From the IMG/VR virus record IMGVR_UViG_3300025392_000232, positions 31,129 through 95,128 of that record: a stretch of DNA of 64,000 nt; one strand, written 5' to 3'. Of the stretch, positions 48,731-58,088 are shown piece by piece. The number at the start of each line of letters is the position of its first letter. Within the stretch, counting starts at the first letter, position 1. The position numbers and the translations under genes were made by a program. The notes below the pieces were generated by a model. It made no database searches, was not told where the DNA came from, and saw only the letters and a program-made list of their open reading frames with translations. The DNA is from a virus (Duplodnaviria > Caudoviricetes).

Positions 48731-49426
48731 TTATTGTGCCGCCTTTACGAAGTTAAGTCTAGTTTCATCATTCCCATGTTTCCAATGTTTACTGTTGTCT
48801 TTGACTTTAGCCTTGACAACGATACATGGCCCTTGTTTTAATTCTACTTGGCTCATCCAGCTGGCCATTTTGTTGTTTATTATAGCACAAATATTCCAGC
48901 CTGTAAAGTTCTTTGACTTTATAACTTCTAATATTTCGCAATCTAAATCTACCAAACGATCCCCCGGCTTGCCTAGGAATCCTTCTTCAACACTCCGCGC
49001 GGCCTTTTTAACCTTATTGTGTACGGTGTCACGAGCTTGCACACTAGGCAAACATGCCACATAACCAAATTGATTTTCTTTTACAGTATCACTATTCAAA
49101 ATTGTATTGATAGTGGTAAGGAATTCGTTCTCACCATCGATTGCGGCAAACAGCAGTCGCTTGTAATAAGTTTTGATTTCTTCTGCACGAGCAGTATCTT
49201 CCTCTAGGATCTTCAAAGGCATTGGTGCATCTTTTGGATCCGCAGTCCAAATTCTGTGATCCACTGTACACAACATAAGCATTTTATTTGTATGTTTGGT
49301 GTACATGAATTTATTGTCTTCTGCAAAGACATGCTCTTGATCTTTGATATACGCACCATTGACTCGCTGTGCGGCGCAGGCCAATTCTAATACTTGCTGT
49401 GTAGGAAACTCTTTCATGTCGCTCAC
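48731..49426 (-). CDS. Hypothetical protein with a possible C-terminal OB fold
   Basis: ORF preceded by TTGACA-17-TAGAAT (49448-49476). Confidence 0.75.
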   Translation of the reverse strand: MSDMKEFPTQQVLELACAAQRVNGAYIKDQEHVFAEDNKFMYTKHTNKMLMLCTVDHRIWTADPKDAPMPLKILEEDTARAEEIKTYYKRLLFAAIDGENEFLTTINTILNSDTVKENQFGYVACLPSVQARDTVHNKVKKAARSVEEGFLGKPGDRLVDLDCEILEVIKSKNFTGWNICAIINNKMASWMSQVELKQGPCIVVKAKVKDNSKHWKHGNDETRLNFVKAAQ

Positions 49427-49450
49427 GCTATGAGTTAATATACAAGTATT

Positions 49451-50119
49451 CTACATGAAAACAGAGTCTGTGTCAATCTTTTGTAAGCGGACATAAACTT
49501 TTTTGGACAACCGTTTGAGAGTAGGATCTTGAAGATTTTCAAATTGTCCAAAATAAGCAGCCAAACAAGGACTTACATATTTGTCGTTAAACTTCAATCT
49601 AGCTAACATTGAAATTCGTCCAATATGTTTTAGTGCTCTATATTTTCCCAAAGATCTGCATAATTCGATTGCTATACTAATTGAGTAGGCATCGACTTCG
49701 TCATCCTCTTCTAAATAATCTTTGTAGGGTTTTTTAATATAGTCTGAATAAACTACATGGTTGCGTTTAATACTTTGGCGTTGATGTTTAAATTCGTGTA
49801 CTACTGCATCAAAGATTTGTATTAACAAATCAGTAACGTGCTTTTGACTCCATAAAATATTCTTATCAAAATTATGGTGTACAACTACTTCAATTGGGAT
49901 TTCGCTGTTACTATCTTCTTCTGCATCATAGTATGCATTTACATAGAACTCTTCAGACAATAAATTCTTATCTCGTTCAGTTTTAATCTTAAGATTGAAT
50001 TGTTGTTTTCTAAATTCTTTGCGTAGGATTGTTAGTAGTGTTTGAAAATTTACTCCAGATTTGCTGTTAGTCCTTACTTTATTACAAACTGAGCAAACTG
50101 TTTCCATTATACTATTCAT
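49451..50119 (-). CDS. HExxH zincin-like hypothetical protein, probable paralog of 41096-41821
   Basis: VHEFKHQRQ...YL...DEVDAYS. Confidence 0.6.
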   Translation of the reverse strand: MNSIMETVCSVCNKVRTNSKSGVNFQTLLTILRKEFRKQQFNLKIKTERDKNLLSEEFYVNAYYDAEEDSNSEIPIEVVVHHNFDKNILWSQKHVTDLLIQIFDAVVHEFKHQRQSIKRNHVVYSDYIKKPYKDYLEEDDEVDAYSISIAIELCRSLGKYRALKHIGRISMLARLKFNDKYVSPCLAAYFGQFENLQDPTLKRLSKKVYVRLQKIDTDSVFM

Positions 50120-50120
50120 A

Positions 50121-50339
50121 CTACAACCTATAAGTTACTCTACCTTTGGTGAGGTCATACGGACTAACCTCTAACCTAACATTATCCCCTAGGATAATGC
50201 GAATTTTGTTTTGCTTCAATTTACCGCCCATGTAACATAGTAATGGATTCGGCATGTTTTCTACTTTGACCCTAAACATATTTCCGGGTAATACTTCCTC
50301 TACCGAGCCTGTTAATTCAATAATATCGTCTTTAGCCAT
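50121..50339 (-). CDS. infA: Translation initiation factor IF-1 (72 aa, start MAKDDIIE)
   Basis: GSVEEVLPGNMFRV...GKLKQNKIRIILGDNVRLEVSPYDLTKGRVTYR. Confidence 0.95.
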   Translation of the reverse strand: MAKDDIIELTGSVEEVLPGNMFRVKVENMPNPLLCYMGGKLKQNKIRIILGDNVRLEVSPYDLTKGRVTYRL

Positions 50340-50505
50340 TAGTTGCTTTTGTAATGGACCAAGCACCATTGCCCATATCGTTCCATTCCAATGTATCTCC
50401 TTCTTTCCAACCTTGTAAATCTAGTAAGTCTTGAGGTAACGGAAGAATTAAATCCCCGCTACTATCATCTGCTTCTCCGACTGTTACTGTCCAGTTTGTT
50501 TTCAT
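50332..50505 (-). CDS. AbrB/MazE/SpoVT-like small protein, 57 aa, not in the ORF track
   Basis: Hand translation GDLILPLPQDLLDLQGWKEGDTLEW; promoter TTGACT-17-TATAAT at 50511-50539. Confidence 0.75.
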   Translation of the reverse strand: MKTNWTVTVGEADDSSGDLILPLPQDLLDLQGWKEGDTLEWNDMGNGAWSITKATNG

Positions 50506-50589
50506 AATGTATTATACTTTAATCTATTTATTCAGTCAACCATACTAGAAAATTATTTCGATGTATCCAACCATACTATAAATAGTTCC

Positions 50590-51327
50590 ATGCTAAGTGT
50601 TCCAAAACAATATCTATATTTGGTTGTTGATCAAACTAATAAGTGTGTAATAACAACCACTAATAGCATTAGTACTGCTAATGCTGTTTCTAACGGAATT
50701 CTAAATAGCTCTCCTATGGTTGTTTGGTTTCCATATTTTGATACAAAACATGATATCATACAAGCCAACAAAAATGAAAATATAAACTATAAATTAGTTA
50801 GACAAATTGGTAAACATATTGACAAGGGTGGTGTTACAATCTCCGATACACACATGTTTGAACCTGTTGAAAAGACACCTTCAGGCAAGATGTTTGATTT
50901 AGTTGAAATGGATAAAGATTTGATCACCGATGAATGGATTGTACGCAGGCGGCTGGGAAATTTTAGAGCCAGTTTAATGATGGAGCTCGAAATGTATTGC
51001 GAAAGATATCTTTCAAGAGCTGTAGAATTTTGTGGCGACGAGCTATTATTTCCGTATCTTCAAAAACAAATAGAATTGTCTAATCCAACACTAGGTATCT
51101 ATGCACCGGGTATACAGGAATGGGCATTAATTAATGAAATCTCTGTTGCTAATGCATATCAAGAATTAAAATTAAAATACGACTCTGCGTGTATCACTGC
51201 AATGCGTATACATTCTTTTTGGAATAAATTTGTTAATAAGTTTAATACTATCACATTAGATGATAATCAAACTCGTAGCGAAATATTTAAAAGAATGGAA
51301 GCATATTTTATATTTGGTGATATATGA
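50590..51327 (+). CDS. Hypothetical protein, partner of the downstream PP-loop enzyme
   Basis: TATAAATA at 50577-50584, 5 nt before the ATG. Confidence 0.75.
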   Translation: MLSVPKQYLYLVVDQTNKCVITTTNSISTANAVSNGILNSSPMVVWFPYFDTKHDIIQANKNENINYKLVRQIGKHIDKGGVTISDTHMFEPVEKTPSGKMFDLVEMDKDLITDEWIVRRRLGNFRASLMMELEMYCERYLSRAVEFCGDELLFPYLQKQIELSNPTLGIYAPGIQEWALINEISVANAYQELKLKYDSACITAMRIHSFWNKFVNKFNTITLDDNQTRSEIFKRMEAYFIFGDI

Positions 51328-52418
51328 ATCAACTATGCATAAGCACAATATACGAATTAAGGGATAGATTTACTTTATTTAAAGACTACCCAGATATTAA
51401 ATTTTTTGAAGAAATAACAAATAAAACTTCAGGTATATGGATGGTTGATCGCACAAGTACCATACAACTTCCATTTAGGACCAAATTACTTGAAAAACAT
51501 AGACTTCCAGATTTAACCGATATTGAAAGTCTATCATTAGAACAATGTTGTATGAATCGTTCTAGGGATTTACTAACTGGAGATTTAACACTTTATTTTT
51601 TGTATAGCGGTGGCATCGATTCTACACTTGCATTATCTTCATTTATTAAAGCAGGCGCACCCCGCGATAAACTAATAGTAGTTTGTAATGCTGATAGTAT
51701 AAGAGAAAATCCTAATTTCTATCATATATACATAAAACCAAATTTTAATTTGATGTCGTCTGAATTATTCATGCAGACTATAAAAACACAAGAGCTAGAC
51801 GGACAAGTTATACTATGCGAGCCTGGAGATGCATTATATGGTCAACACCTTATGTCGATTGCATTTTCAATGTTTGGCGGCGATTATCTTGAAAAACCAG
51901 CTACTAGACAAACTCTAGTAGATTTTTTCAAAGCAAGGGGTCTAGATAATCTAACAGCCAATTGTTGTTTTGATATGTATGCATCTGAAATGTCTCCTCG
52001 ACCGATAGAGACACTATATGATTTTTTCTGGTGGACGCATTTTAATTGGCGTTGGCAATATAATTGTGAAAAACTAAGCCTCCGGACTTTGCTAAATCCT
52101 AAAATAGAACCATTTTATTCTACTCCAGAATTCCAAAAATGGGCAGTAACACATGATCAGCCTAGGATTAGTACACCTGGCGACTTCAAAAAAGATTATA
52201 AACAATTAATATATGATTTTACAAAAGATCGAGAGTATTTTAATTTAAAAATTAAACATACATCATCGAGCTATTTTTATTTAAACGGAGCCTGCGTAGC
52301 AGTAGACGCCGATGGTACTAGATTGAAGTCAAAAGATTTTTCTTTAATGGACTATTATCAACCAGACAATTTTATCTCTAATTGGATCAAAGATAATTGT
52401 CGTCGCTATACGGTATAG
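51324..52418 (+). CDS. PP-loop (asparagine synthetase-like) ATP pyrophosphatase
   Basis: LYSGGIDST, CEPGDALYG, DFFWW. Confidence 0.75.
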   Translation: MNQLCISTIYELRDRFTLFKDYPDIKFFEEITNKTSGIWMVDRTSTIQLPFRTKLLEKHRLPDLTDIESLSLEQCCMNRSRDLLTGDLTLYFLYSGGIDSTLALSSFIKAGAPRDKLIVVCNADSIRENPNFYHIYIKPNFNLMSSELFMQTIKTQELDGQVILCEPGDALYGQHLMSIAFSMFGGDYLEKPATRQTLVDFFKARGLDNLTANCCFDMYASEMSPRPIETLYDFFWWTHFNWRWQYNCEKLSLRTLLNPKIEPFYSTPEFQKWAVTHDQPRISTPGDFKKDYKQLIYDFTKDREYFNLKIKHTSSSYFYLNGACVAVDADGTRLKSKDFSLMDYYQPDNFISNWIKDNCRRYTV

Positions 52419-52797
52419 GAAACCATCCTAGCTTGTCGAGATCCTCGAGTATTTCATCTGTTACTACACCTTCGGACGCATACTTAGTTCGTTCAAAATA
52501 CTCGTCATCATCTTTACCGTCAAAGCTCAGCCCTCCACGCATACCACTACAGTAATAGTCCATGTAGTCTTCTCCCTGGTTACGAAGGTCAGCTACGATT
52601 CCACCGGCGCCACGCCAACTAGCAGTCCAATATTCTTCTTTGAGTATGGGCCATACATTTTTAGAATCACGTTTACACCATTGCATGTTACACCAAGCCG
52701 CATACAAGTTCTGTGCATAGGCTTTATCCTCGGCACGAATCTTGGCCATTATTTCGGGGCTATTTCGAATGTCTTCAACTAAATCTTGTCTTTTCAT
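52387..52797 (-). CDS. Phage hypothetical protein
   Basis: YAQNLYAAWCN...SWRGAGGIVADLR...DYMDYYCSG. Confidence 0.8.
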   Translation of the reverse strand: MKRQDLVEDIRNSPEIMAKIRAEDKAYAQNLYAAWCNMQWCKRDSKNVWPILKEEYWTASWRGAGGIVADLRNQGEDYMDYYCSGMRGGLSFDGKDDDEYFERTKYASEGVVTDEILEDLDKLGWFPIPYSDDNYL

Positions 52798-53126
52798 TTA
52801 TGCCACGGGCCTTGGAAACAGTGTCGCATTTCGTGGCCTACTGCCCACATGGTCGTGTTTCGTGCTGTAATAACTGTACAAGTTGGTTGACCTTGCGGAC
52901 CTTTGTCCCAAAAGCTACAGGCTTCAACAGTATAACCAAATCCGCCAAACTTACGTTTACGACTTTCTGCTTCACATCGAGCTTGTACATTGTCTACTGG
53001 GAACCATGAGACAGCAACTTCAGTTGTATAGTTTTGATTTGTACTGAATAGTACGTTTGGATCATCACGTTCTACAGCGAATGCAGAACTGCTTAATAAT
53101 GCTATTACTAACAATGCCTTTTTCAT
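52794..53126 (-). CDS. Secreted small protein with HExxH
   Basis: Signal peptide ending AFA; GHEMRHC. Confidence 0.7.
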   Translation of the reverse strand: MKKALLVIALLSSSAFAVERDDPNVLFSTNQNYTTEVAVSWFPVDNVQARCEAESRKRKFGGFGYTVEACSFWDKGPQGQPTCTVITARNTTMWAVGHEMRHCFQGPWHK

Positions 53127-53150
53127 ACTAGCCTTTCTGTGTGCCTAAAT

Positions 53151-53246
53151 TGGTGTGGGCGGTAGGATTCGAACCTACAAAGGCAGTCTAAGACCAAGCC
53201 CCGTACCCGGCAAGCCGGAGGTCTACCATATTCCACTCACGTCCAC
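53151..53246 (-). tRNA. Non-canonical tRNA-like RNA (Leu-type body, no regular anticodon arm)
   Basis: Acceptor GTGGACG/CGCCCAC-A-CCA, D loop GGAATATGGTAGAC, T arm GTAGG-TTCGAAT-CCTAC; 96 nt. Confidence 0.75.
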
Positions 53247-53252
53247 ATTATA

Positions 53253-53281
53253 ATTATATGTGAATTATTAATAAATGTCAA
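53253..53281 (-). promoter_or_regulatory. Consensus sigma70 promoter for the tRNA-like RNA
   Basis: TTGACA-17-TATAAT; G1 lies 7 nt downstream of the -10 box. Confidence 0.9.
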
Positions 53282-53700
53282 CCAGGATAATCGGCGTTTT
53301 TCAAAGTTGGATGAAAATAAAAAATTGGATTTGTATACTGCGGATCGACTCTGCTATCATAATAGGGAATTTCTTGCCCAAGATGTTGGGTTTTGATAGC
53401 TAAATGATGATTATGCTCGATCAAATATGCCATACGTAGCTCTCTCCATGCTGGATGTAAAGTTCTACGTTTTAGTACAAACTCTTGATAGTCAGGATCA
53501 CTCTTATATAAGTTTCGAATAACTAGCGTTAATCCGTCTTCGGAGTAAGTTTTTTCTCTTTCAACAACCAAGCTATCTTCATGAATTTCTTTGTAGGTTT
53601 CTTGAATCTCTGGCAATTCGGTAAAAAATTCAGCCGATGTGTTTGGACGTGTAAAAGTTGACACGCTCATTAGCTCTTCGCCTTCTGGGAATTCTTTCAT
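53278..53700 (-). CDS. Hypothetical protein
   Basis: AAGGAG SD and TAAATA upstream. Confidence 0.75.
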   Translation of the reverse strand: MKEFPEGEELMSVSTFTRPNTSAEFFTELPEIQETYKEIHEDSLVVEREKTYSEDGLTLVIRNLYKSDPDYQEFVLKRRTLHPAWRELRMAYLIEHNHHLAIKTQHLGQEIPYYDSRVDPQYTNPIFYFHPTLKNADYPG

Positions 53701-53727
53701 AATATCTCCTTAATAACTATCCTGTAT

Positions 53728-54216
53728 TTATTCCTTTACTACACCTACTAAATGTAATCTTGCTTCCGAACTACAATTCATAAAAGTATGGTGTTGACGA
53801 GTATCTACCCAAAACACATGATCTTGTTTTAGATGAGATACCATACCTCTTTGAAACACAAAAAAACACTGATCGTTTGTAATAATGGGGATATGTATCC
53901 TGGGACTAATATCTCGATGCATACTATAGCAGGTCTTTGGTCCGACCCATAAAAATCTAGTTCGGGTTAGATTATATTTCTTAATAATTGTTTCAAATAC
54001 AGAACCTTGAAAAAACATGTTTAAGTTAGTATATTCTAAATCTCGACCTTTACTAGTTCCTACTGCGCTAGACCACGGGTCTTCTTGTTCTAAATATTGT
54101 AGTCCAGCTTGTCTATTATTAGATCCAAACTCTGTCCATTGAATTTTTTCTTCTATAGATTTATATGTTTCTGTTAAACTAGCAGAATTGCATGTGTCTA
54201 TAATTTTAATTAACAT
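53728..54216 (-). CDS. 2OG-Fe(II) oxygenase, Asp/Asn beta-hydroxylase-like (probable start MLIKII)
   Basis: HRD...RIHIPI...HTFMN...RLHLV. Confidence 0.8.
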   Translation of the reverse strand: MLIKIIDTCNSASLTETYKSIEEKIQWTEFGSNNRQAGLQYLEQEDPWSSAVGTSKGRDLEYTNLNMFFQGSVFETIIKKYNLTRTRFLWVGPKTCYSMHRDISPRIHIPIITNDQCFFVFQRGMVSHLKQDHVFWVDTRQHHTFMNCSSEARLHLVGVVKE

Positions 54217-54217
54217 A

Positions 54218-55477
54218 TCAAATAGCCATGTCTTGTTCAATTCTACTCAAATCTACATTTCCAAAATCTAATATTAAATCTGAAGAAACAGAATTATTTG
54301 GTAAGAATTTATTAACTGGCCCTAGGGAATAAAATTTCTTCCAAATTTTAAAACCTAGCAACCCTTTATACTTGTGTATATTAAGATATTTTTTATCTAT
54401 CGAGCCTATCAAATTATCCAAATCACTTTGCATCATTTGTGCGGCATGAGTTCCTGAATGTAGATTATAGAACCATGCATCATGCCGACCTAAAAACATT
54501 CTATCCGGCTTTTGTGCTTGGAAAGATAATTTCTTGATTGCAGGGTATATTGCAGGTACAATCCCACGTTCGTATACTCCGCCGTTGACTTCTTTAAATA
54601 CATGCCCAATAGGATTGAATGCCGATTTGTTTCCTTTTTCATCATTAAATCGCATGGCACTATACGCCTCACTGCCAGCCGGTGTCATTAAGAATTTAGC
54701 AGTTTCGTGTGCTTGTTTAACTATTAGCTGTGGTAGCTGTGGACTGTGATAAAAGAATACAGCAAATGTGTTAGGATGGTTAACTGAATTATATTTGTTG
54801 CTATACACAGTATCGTAAAATGAAATTAAAAAATTATTCTTATATCTAACAACCGCAGGTTTATCGATACCTTGTACAATGGCAATCTTTTTTCCAGATT
54901 CTGCAATATGTTTTAGATAGGTATAACGGTCTAAGTTATAACGCCCAGCCATAGTAGGATGTAACCAATCGTTACATTTTAACAACCACATATCAGGTTC
55001 GTAATTTAACATATCTTCAAAATAGTCATGCAACGTTACTTTAATTTTTGGATAGTTATCCTTAATCTTTTGCATGAATGGCAACTGTGTGTGAAATGTT
55101 TCGTCGATAGTATTTGTTACATCTTGATTAGTTGGATCTGACTTCCAGTCTCTAAGACCACTAAGCGGAGCACTTGCTACAACTTCGTCTACATGCAAAC
55201 CATTATTAACAAATGCATAAAACATGTTGGTGCTGTCTGCACCTCCGCTAAGGAACATTAATACATAGTCGTATTCATCTCTAATCTGCCTAGCACGTTC
55301 AGCATATAGTTCATCTAAAGTCTGTGTAGGTTCAGTTTTCCAATCAGTAGCTTGAAATACAGCATCATTAAAATTCCAGACTGGATCAACATTTAATTGC
55401 TGTGCTCTAAATAGAGCAGGAATTTTTTCATAAAACTTTTCAGTGCCGACAGTATAAAATCCTAAATCATCAATCAT
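54218..55477 (-). CDS. PP-loop (adenine nucleotide alpha-hydrolase) enzyme
   Basis: LSGGADSTN, GIDKP. Confidence 0.7.
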   Translation of the reverse strand: MIDDLGFYTVGTEKFYEKIPALFRAQQLNVDPVWNFNDAVFQATDWKTEPTQTLDELYAERARQIRDEYDYVLMFLSGGADSTNMFYAFVNNGLHVDEVVASAPLSGLRDWKSDPTNQDVTNTIDETFHTQLPFMQKIKDNYPKIKVTLHDYFEDMLNYEPDMWLLKCNDWLHPTMAGRYNLDRYTYLKHIAESGKKIAIVQGIDKPAVVRYKNNFLISFYDTVYSNKYNSVNHPNTFAVFFYHSPQLPQLIVKQAHETAKFLMTPAGSEAYSAMRFNDEKGNKSAFNPIGHVFKEVNGGVYERGIVPAIYPAIKKLSFQAQKPDRMFLGRHDAWFYNLHSGTHAAQMMQSDLDNLIGSIDKKYLNIHKYKGLLGFKIWKKFYSLGPVNKFLPNNSVSSDLILDFGNVDLSRIEQDMAI

Positions 55478-56757
55478 TTTAATATTCCTATATCTCTTCT
55501 GTATCTAAATTGGCCTATATGTTGCTTATCAAGATATGCATAAAGTTTTTTACTAGCCGCTTCGTGTGTATTATCAGTCGCTGTAAAAATTGAATGTTTG
55601 ATATACGGAGGATCAAACCCTTCCAAACCCATAATAATATCTTCCGGAACAGGCTCTAACTTGGGTAAGAAACTAGCAGGCTTAGTCCAATCAAATACTC
55701 TGTTAGCTAATTTAATAGTTACTGTCTTTTTATTATTATGTACAATTTTAGGAATTTTATTTCCACAACTTGCGGCATAAAATAGCTCGCCTAAATCGTT
55801 TGTAATTGATCCTAATATAGCTGGGAGTTCCGGATCTCCGCTACGTGTATTAATTTCAAGTATAATTGGAGTGTCCGTTTCATCGACTGCTATACCTAAA
55901 AACATAAAACCTTTATAATGACAGTTTTTAATTTTTAAATAATTATAAATTTTATCTGCATACTCATGCACCCGGGGATCGATATCATTAACATTATATG
56001 CACCCATACTACAACTATTAAATCCTAAGTCATTATCTAAAGACTTTTTGTAATCTCTTGCAGATCCAAAGTATTCCCAGCCCGAATCATTTACTAACAT
56101 GTGATAAGAATATTCTCTTTTAATATTAACAACTTCTTCGAGTACAATACTTGCATTAAGATCAATATTAGTAATCTTAGGTTCGTCTCTAAGATGTGTA
56201 CTAAACAAATCGTTAAAAACTTCTTCGTAATTTAAATTATCTACGACTGTAGTTTGCCTACCACTTTGAAATAGATAATTTAATTTAACCACAAATGGAC
56301 GAGGAATAGTTTTAAAATTTTCGTAAAGATATTGTCCGGACACTAACTTACCTTTTCCTGTAGGTATTCCTAATTCATTAAGTATTTGCTTGGTAATGAA
56401 CTTGTCTTTTTCTAAAATAGTATTATCTGGAGTTACAAAGAAGTAAGGAATATTGGCCAATCGAAATGCATCGTGTGCATATTGTGTGGACGGCCAAGGC
56501 AAACTTGCTGCCACAACAAAACTTATATCTTTATCTTTTATGAACTCAATTAGCTGATCTACATTTATCTTTGGTATTTCGGATATAATTGTAGGGTTTC
56601 CGCTACTGCCGTCAACATTTCGAGATATAGGAATATAATTTTCAGTACGCTTAATTGACTTATGTGCGCCTACATGATAAACTTTATGTCCTTGTTGAAC
56701 AAATAGTTGAGCCCAGTGATGATAACATCCGGTTGGTGATAACACTAATATATTCAT
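55474..56757 (-). CDS. ATP-grasp ligase, diverged PurD (GARS)-like
   Basis: LEKDKFITKQIL..LGIPT, EYS, RDYKK...SMGAY, LEINTRSGDPE. Confidence 0.8.
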   Translation of the reverse strand: MNILVLSPTGCYHHWAQLFVQQGHKVYHVGAHKSIKRTENYIPISRNVDGSSGNPTIISEIPKINVDQLIEFIKDKDISFVVAASLPWPSTQYAHDAFRLANIPYFFVTPDNTILEKDKFITKQILNELGIPTGKGKLVSGQYLYENFKTIPRPFVVKLNYLFQSGRQTTVVDNLNYEEVFNDLFSTHLRDEPKITNIDLNASIVLEEVVNIKREYSYHMLVNDSGWEYFGSARDYKKSLDNDLGFNSCSMGAYNVNDIDPRVHEYADKIYNYLKIKNCHYKGFMFLGIAVDETDTPIILEINTRSGDPELPAILGSITNDLGELFYAASCGNKIPKIVHNNKKTVTIKLANRVFDWTKPASFLPKLEPVPEDIIMGLEGFDPPYIKHSIFTATDNTHEAASKKLYAYLDKQHIGQFRYRRDIGILK

Positions 56758-57549
56758 TTATTTCTTTCTAAGCAAACATATAATCCAATATGTAGGATCT
56801 AGTTCCCACCAGCGTCGTCCACCATAATTTGGATTCTTTGCATCACCATGATGATTGTTATGCCAACATTCACCCTGTGTAATTAAAAACAACCAAGGAA
56901 TATTTGCACTAGTATCTTTTGTATTGTAATTTTTATAACCTAACTTTTCATAGTGTACCACACTTGTTTGTAAACAAAATACATGAAGTGTAATAAATGC
57001 CGGAAGTGCTAGCAGATAAAAGAAGGCATCTACGCTAATTAATGCAGTTACACCGTATACGGCCCACAGTAGGTAACTATAGTATTTGTGTACAAACACA
57101 TGGTCTGGATCTCGTAATAAGTCTGGAATACTACGTACTGGAACATCACCCTCTTTCATTTTAAACATCCACAAGATGTAACTATGCCAAAAACCATCTT
57201 CTGGGCTGTGCGGGTCTTTATCAGTATCGCTAAATCTGTGGTGCAGGCCGCGATGTATACCGACCCACAATATACTACTACCTTGTCCAGCAATCGCACC
57301 GCAAAATAATATAAATCTTTTCATAAATTTGCTTACGGGAAATCCATGGTGACTAAACAGTCTGTGATAACCGGCGCCAACTCCTACAAATTTCATAAAG
57401 ATCCAACCGACTATTGTAGCCATCCACCACCAGCTAGGTGCGTTACCAATACAAATATTATAAATTGCCCATACTCCAAAAATATTTAGAGGAATAATTC
57501 CGCCCCATAAGTGTTTTATAGTCAGCGTATTCTTTAACATTTGATTCAT
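56758..57549 (-). CDS. Membrane fatty-acid desaturase (delta-9 type; probable start MNQML)
   Basis: His boxes HRLFSH, HRGLHH, HNNHH; DPHSP. Confidence 0.9.
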   Translation of the reverse strand: MNQMLKNTLTIKHLWGGIIPLNIFGVWAIYNICIGNAPSWWWMATIVGWIFMKFVGVGAGYHRLFSHHGFPVSKFMKRFILFCGAIAGQGSSILWVGIHRGLHHRFSDTDKDPHSPEDGFWHSYILWMFKMKEGDVPVRSIPDLLRDPDHVFVHKYYSYLLWAVYGVTALISVDAFFYLLALPAFITLHVFCLQTSVVHYEKLGYKNYNTKDTSANIPWLFLITQGECWHNNHHGDAKNPNYGGRRWWELDPTYWIICLLRKK

Positions 57550-58088
57550 TTTCGTTTCCATGTGTTTAATAGGGTAATATCGCCACTGTAAATAATAGTT
57601 TGCCAACAGGTATTGTCGCATTCATTTGGGCATGTAAGGTATTTATAGTTGTCTGTTTCGAAGATCAAATTAAATTGTTTTTCAAAATTTTCAATCACCC
57701 ATTTATCCCAATTATTTGTTTGTCTGCTAATAAAGTATAGTTTACAGCTGGTATGTTCTGCCAACCAGTTAATTTGGCTCTTTGCACTACAACCCATGCA
57801 GTCACTTATTTTCTTTAAAAATGACTTTTTGTTATTAGGTTTCCACGCACGGTTCAATATACGATACGCTTCACTCGGCCAGCAATCTCTGTTACTAATA
57901 CTAGAACAAAGTTCTGGAACATCATCATCGTCAAAATGAATAGTTAGTGCAACTGCAAATTGAAAAGACTCTCGATCGTAGTTCTTCCACAGTCGATGAC
58001 TACGGTCGTTATACTGTACTTCTCTCAATTGATCAAACAATGCATCGTATTCAGAGTTAGTGCCTGGAGCCCATGTTATAGTACGCAT
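57546..58088 (-). CDS. Hypothetical protein, possibly GNAT-like
   Basis: Operon-coupled ORF; the fold call is a weak impression only. Confidence 0.5.
   Translation of the reverse strand: MRTITWAPGTNSEYDALFDQLREVQYNDRSHRLWKNYDRESFQFAVALTIHFDDDDVPELCSSISNRDCWPSEAYRILNRAWKPNNKKSFLKKISDCMGCSAKSQINWLAEHTSCKLYFISRQTNNWDKWVIENFEKQFNLIFETDNYKYLTCPNECDNTCWQTIIYSGDITLLNTWKRK

Noticed and set aside
53151-53246. Selenocysteine or ochre-suppressor tRNA (96 nt; UUA in a loop)
   Set aside because: No UCA anticodon or extended acceptor stem; UUA sits in a 3-nt loop without U33 geometry; TAA is the main stop codon in the window
55474-56757. Calling this gene purD
   Set aside because: Lacks the N-terminal GxGGREH motif and has altered substrate loops; no purine-pathway context
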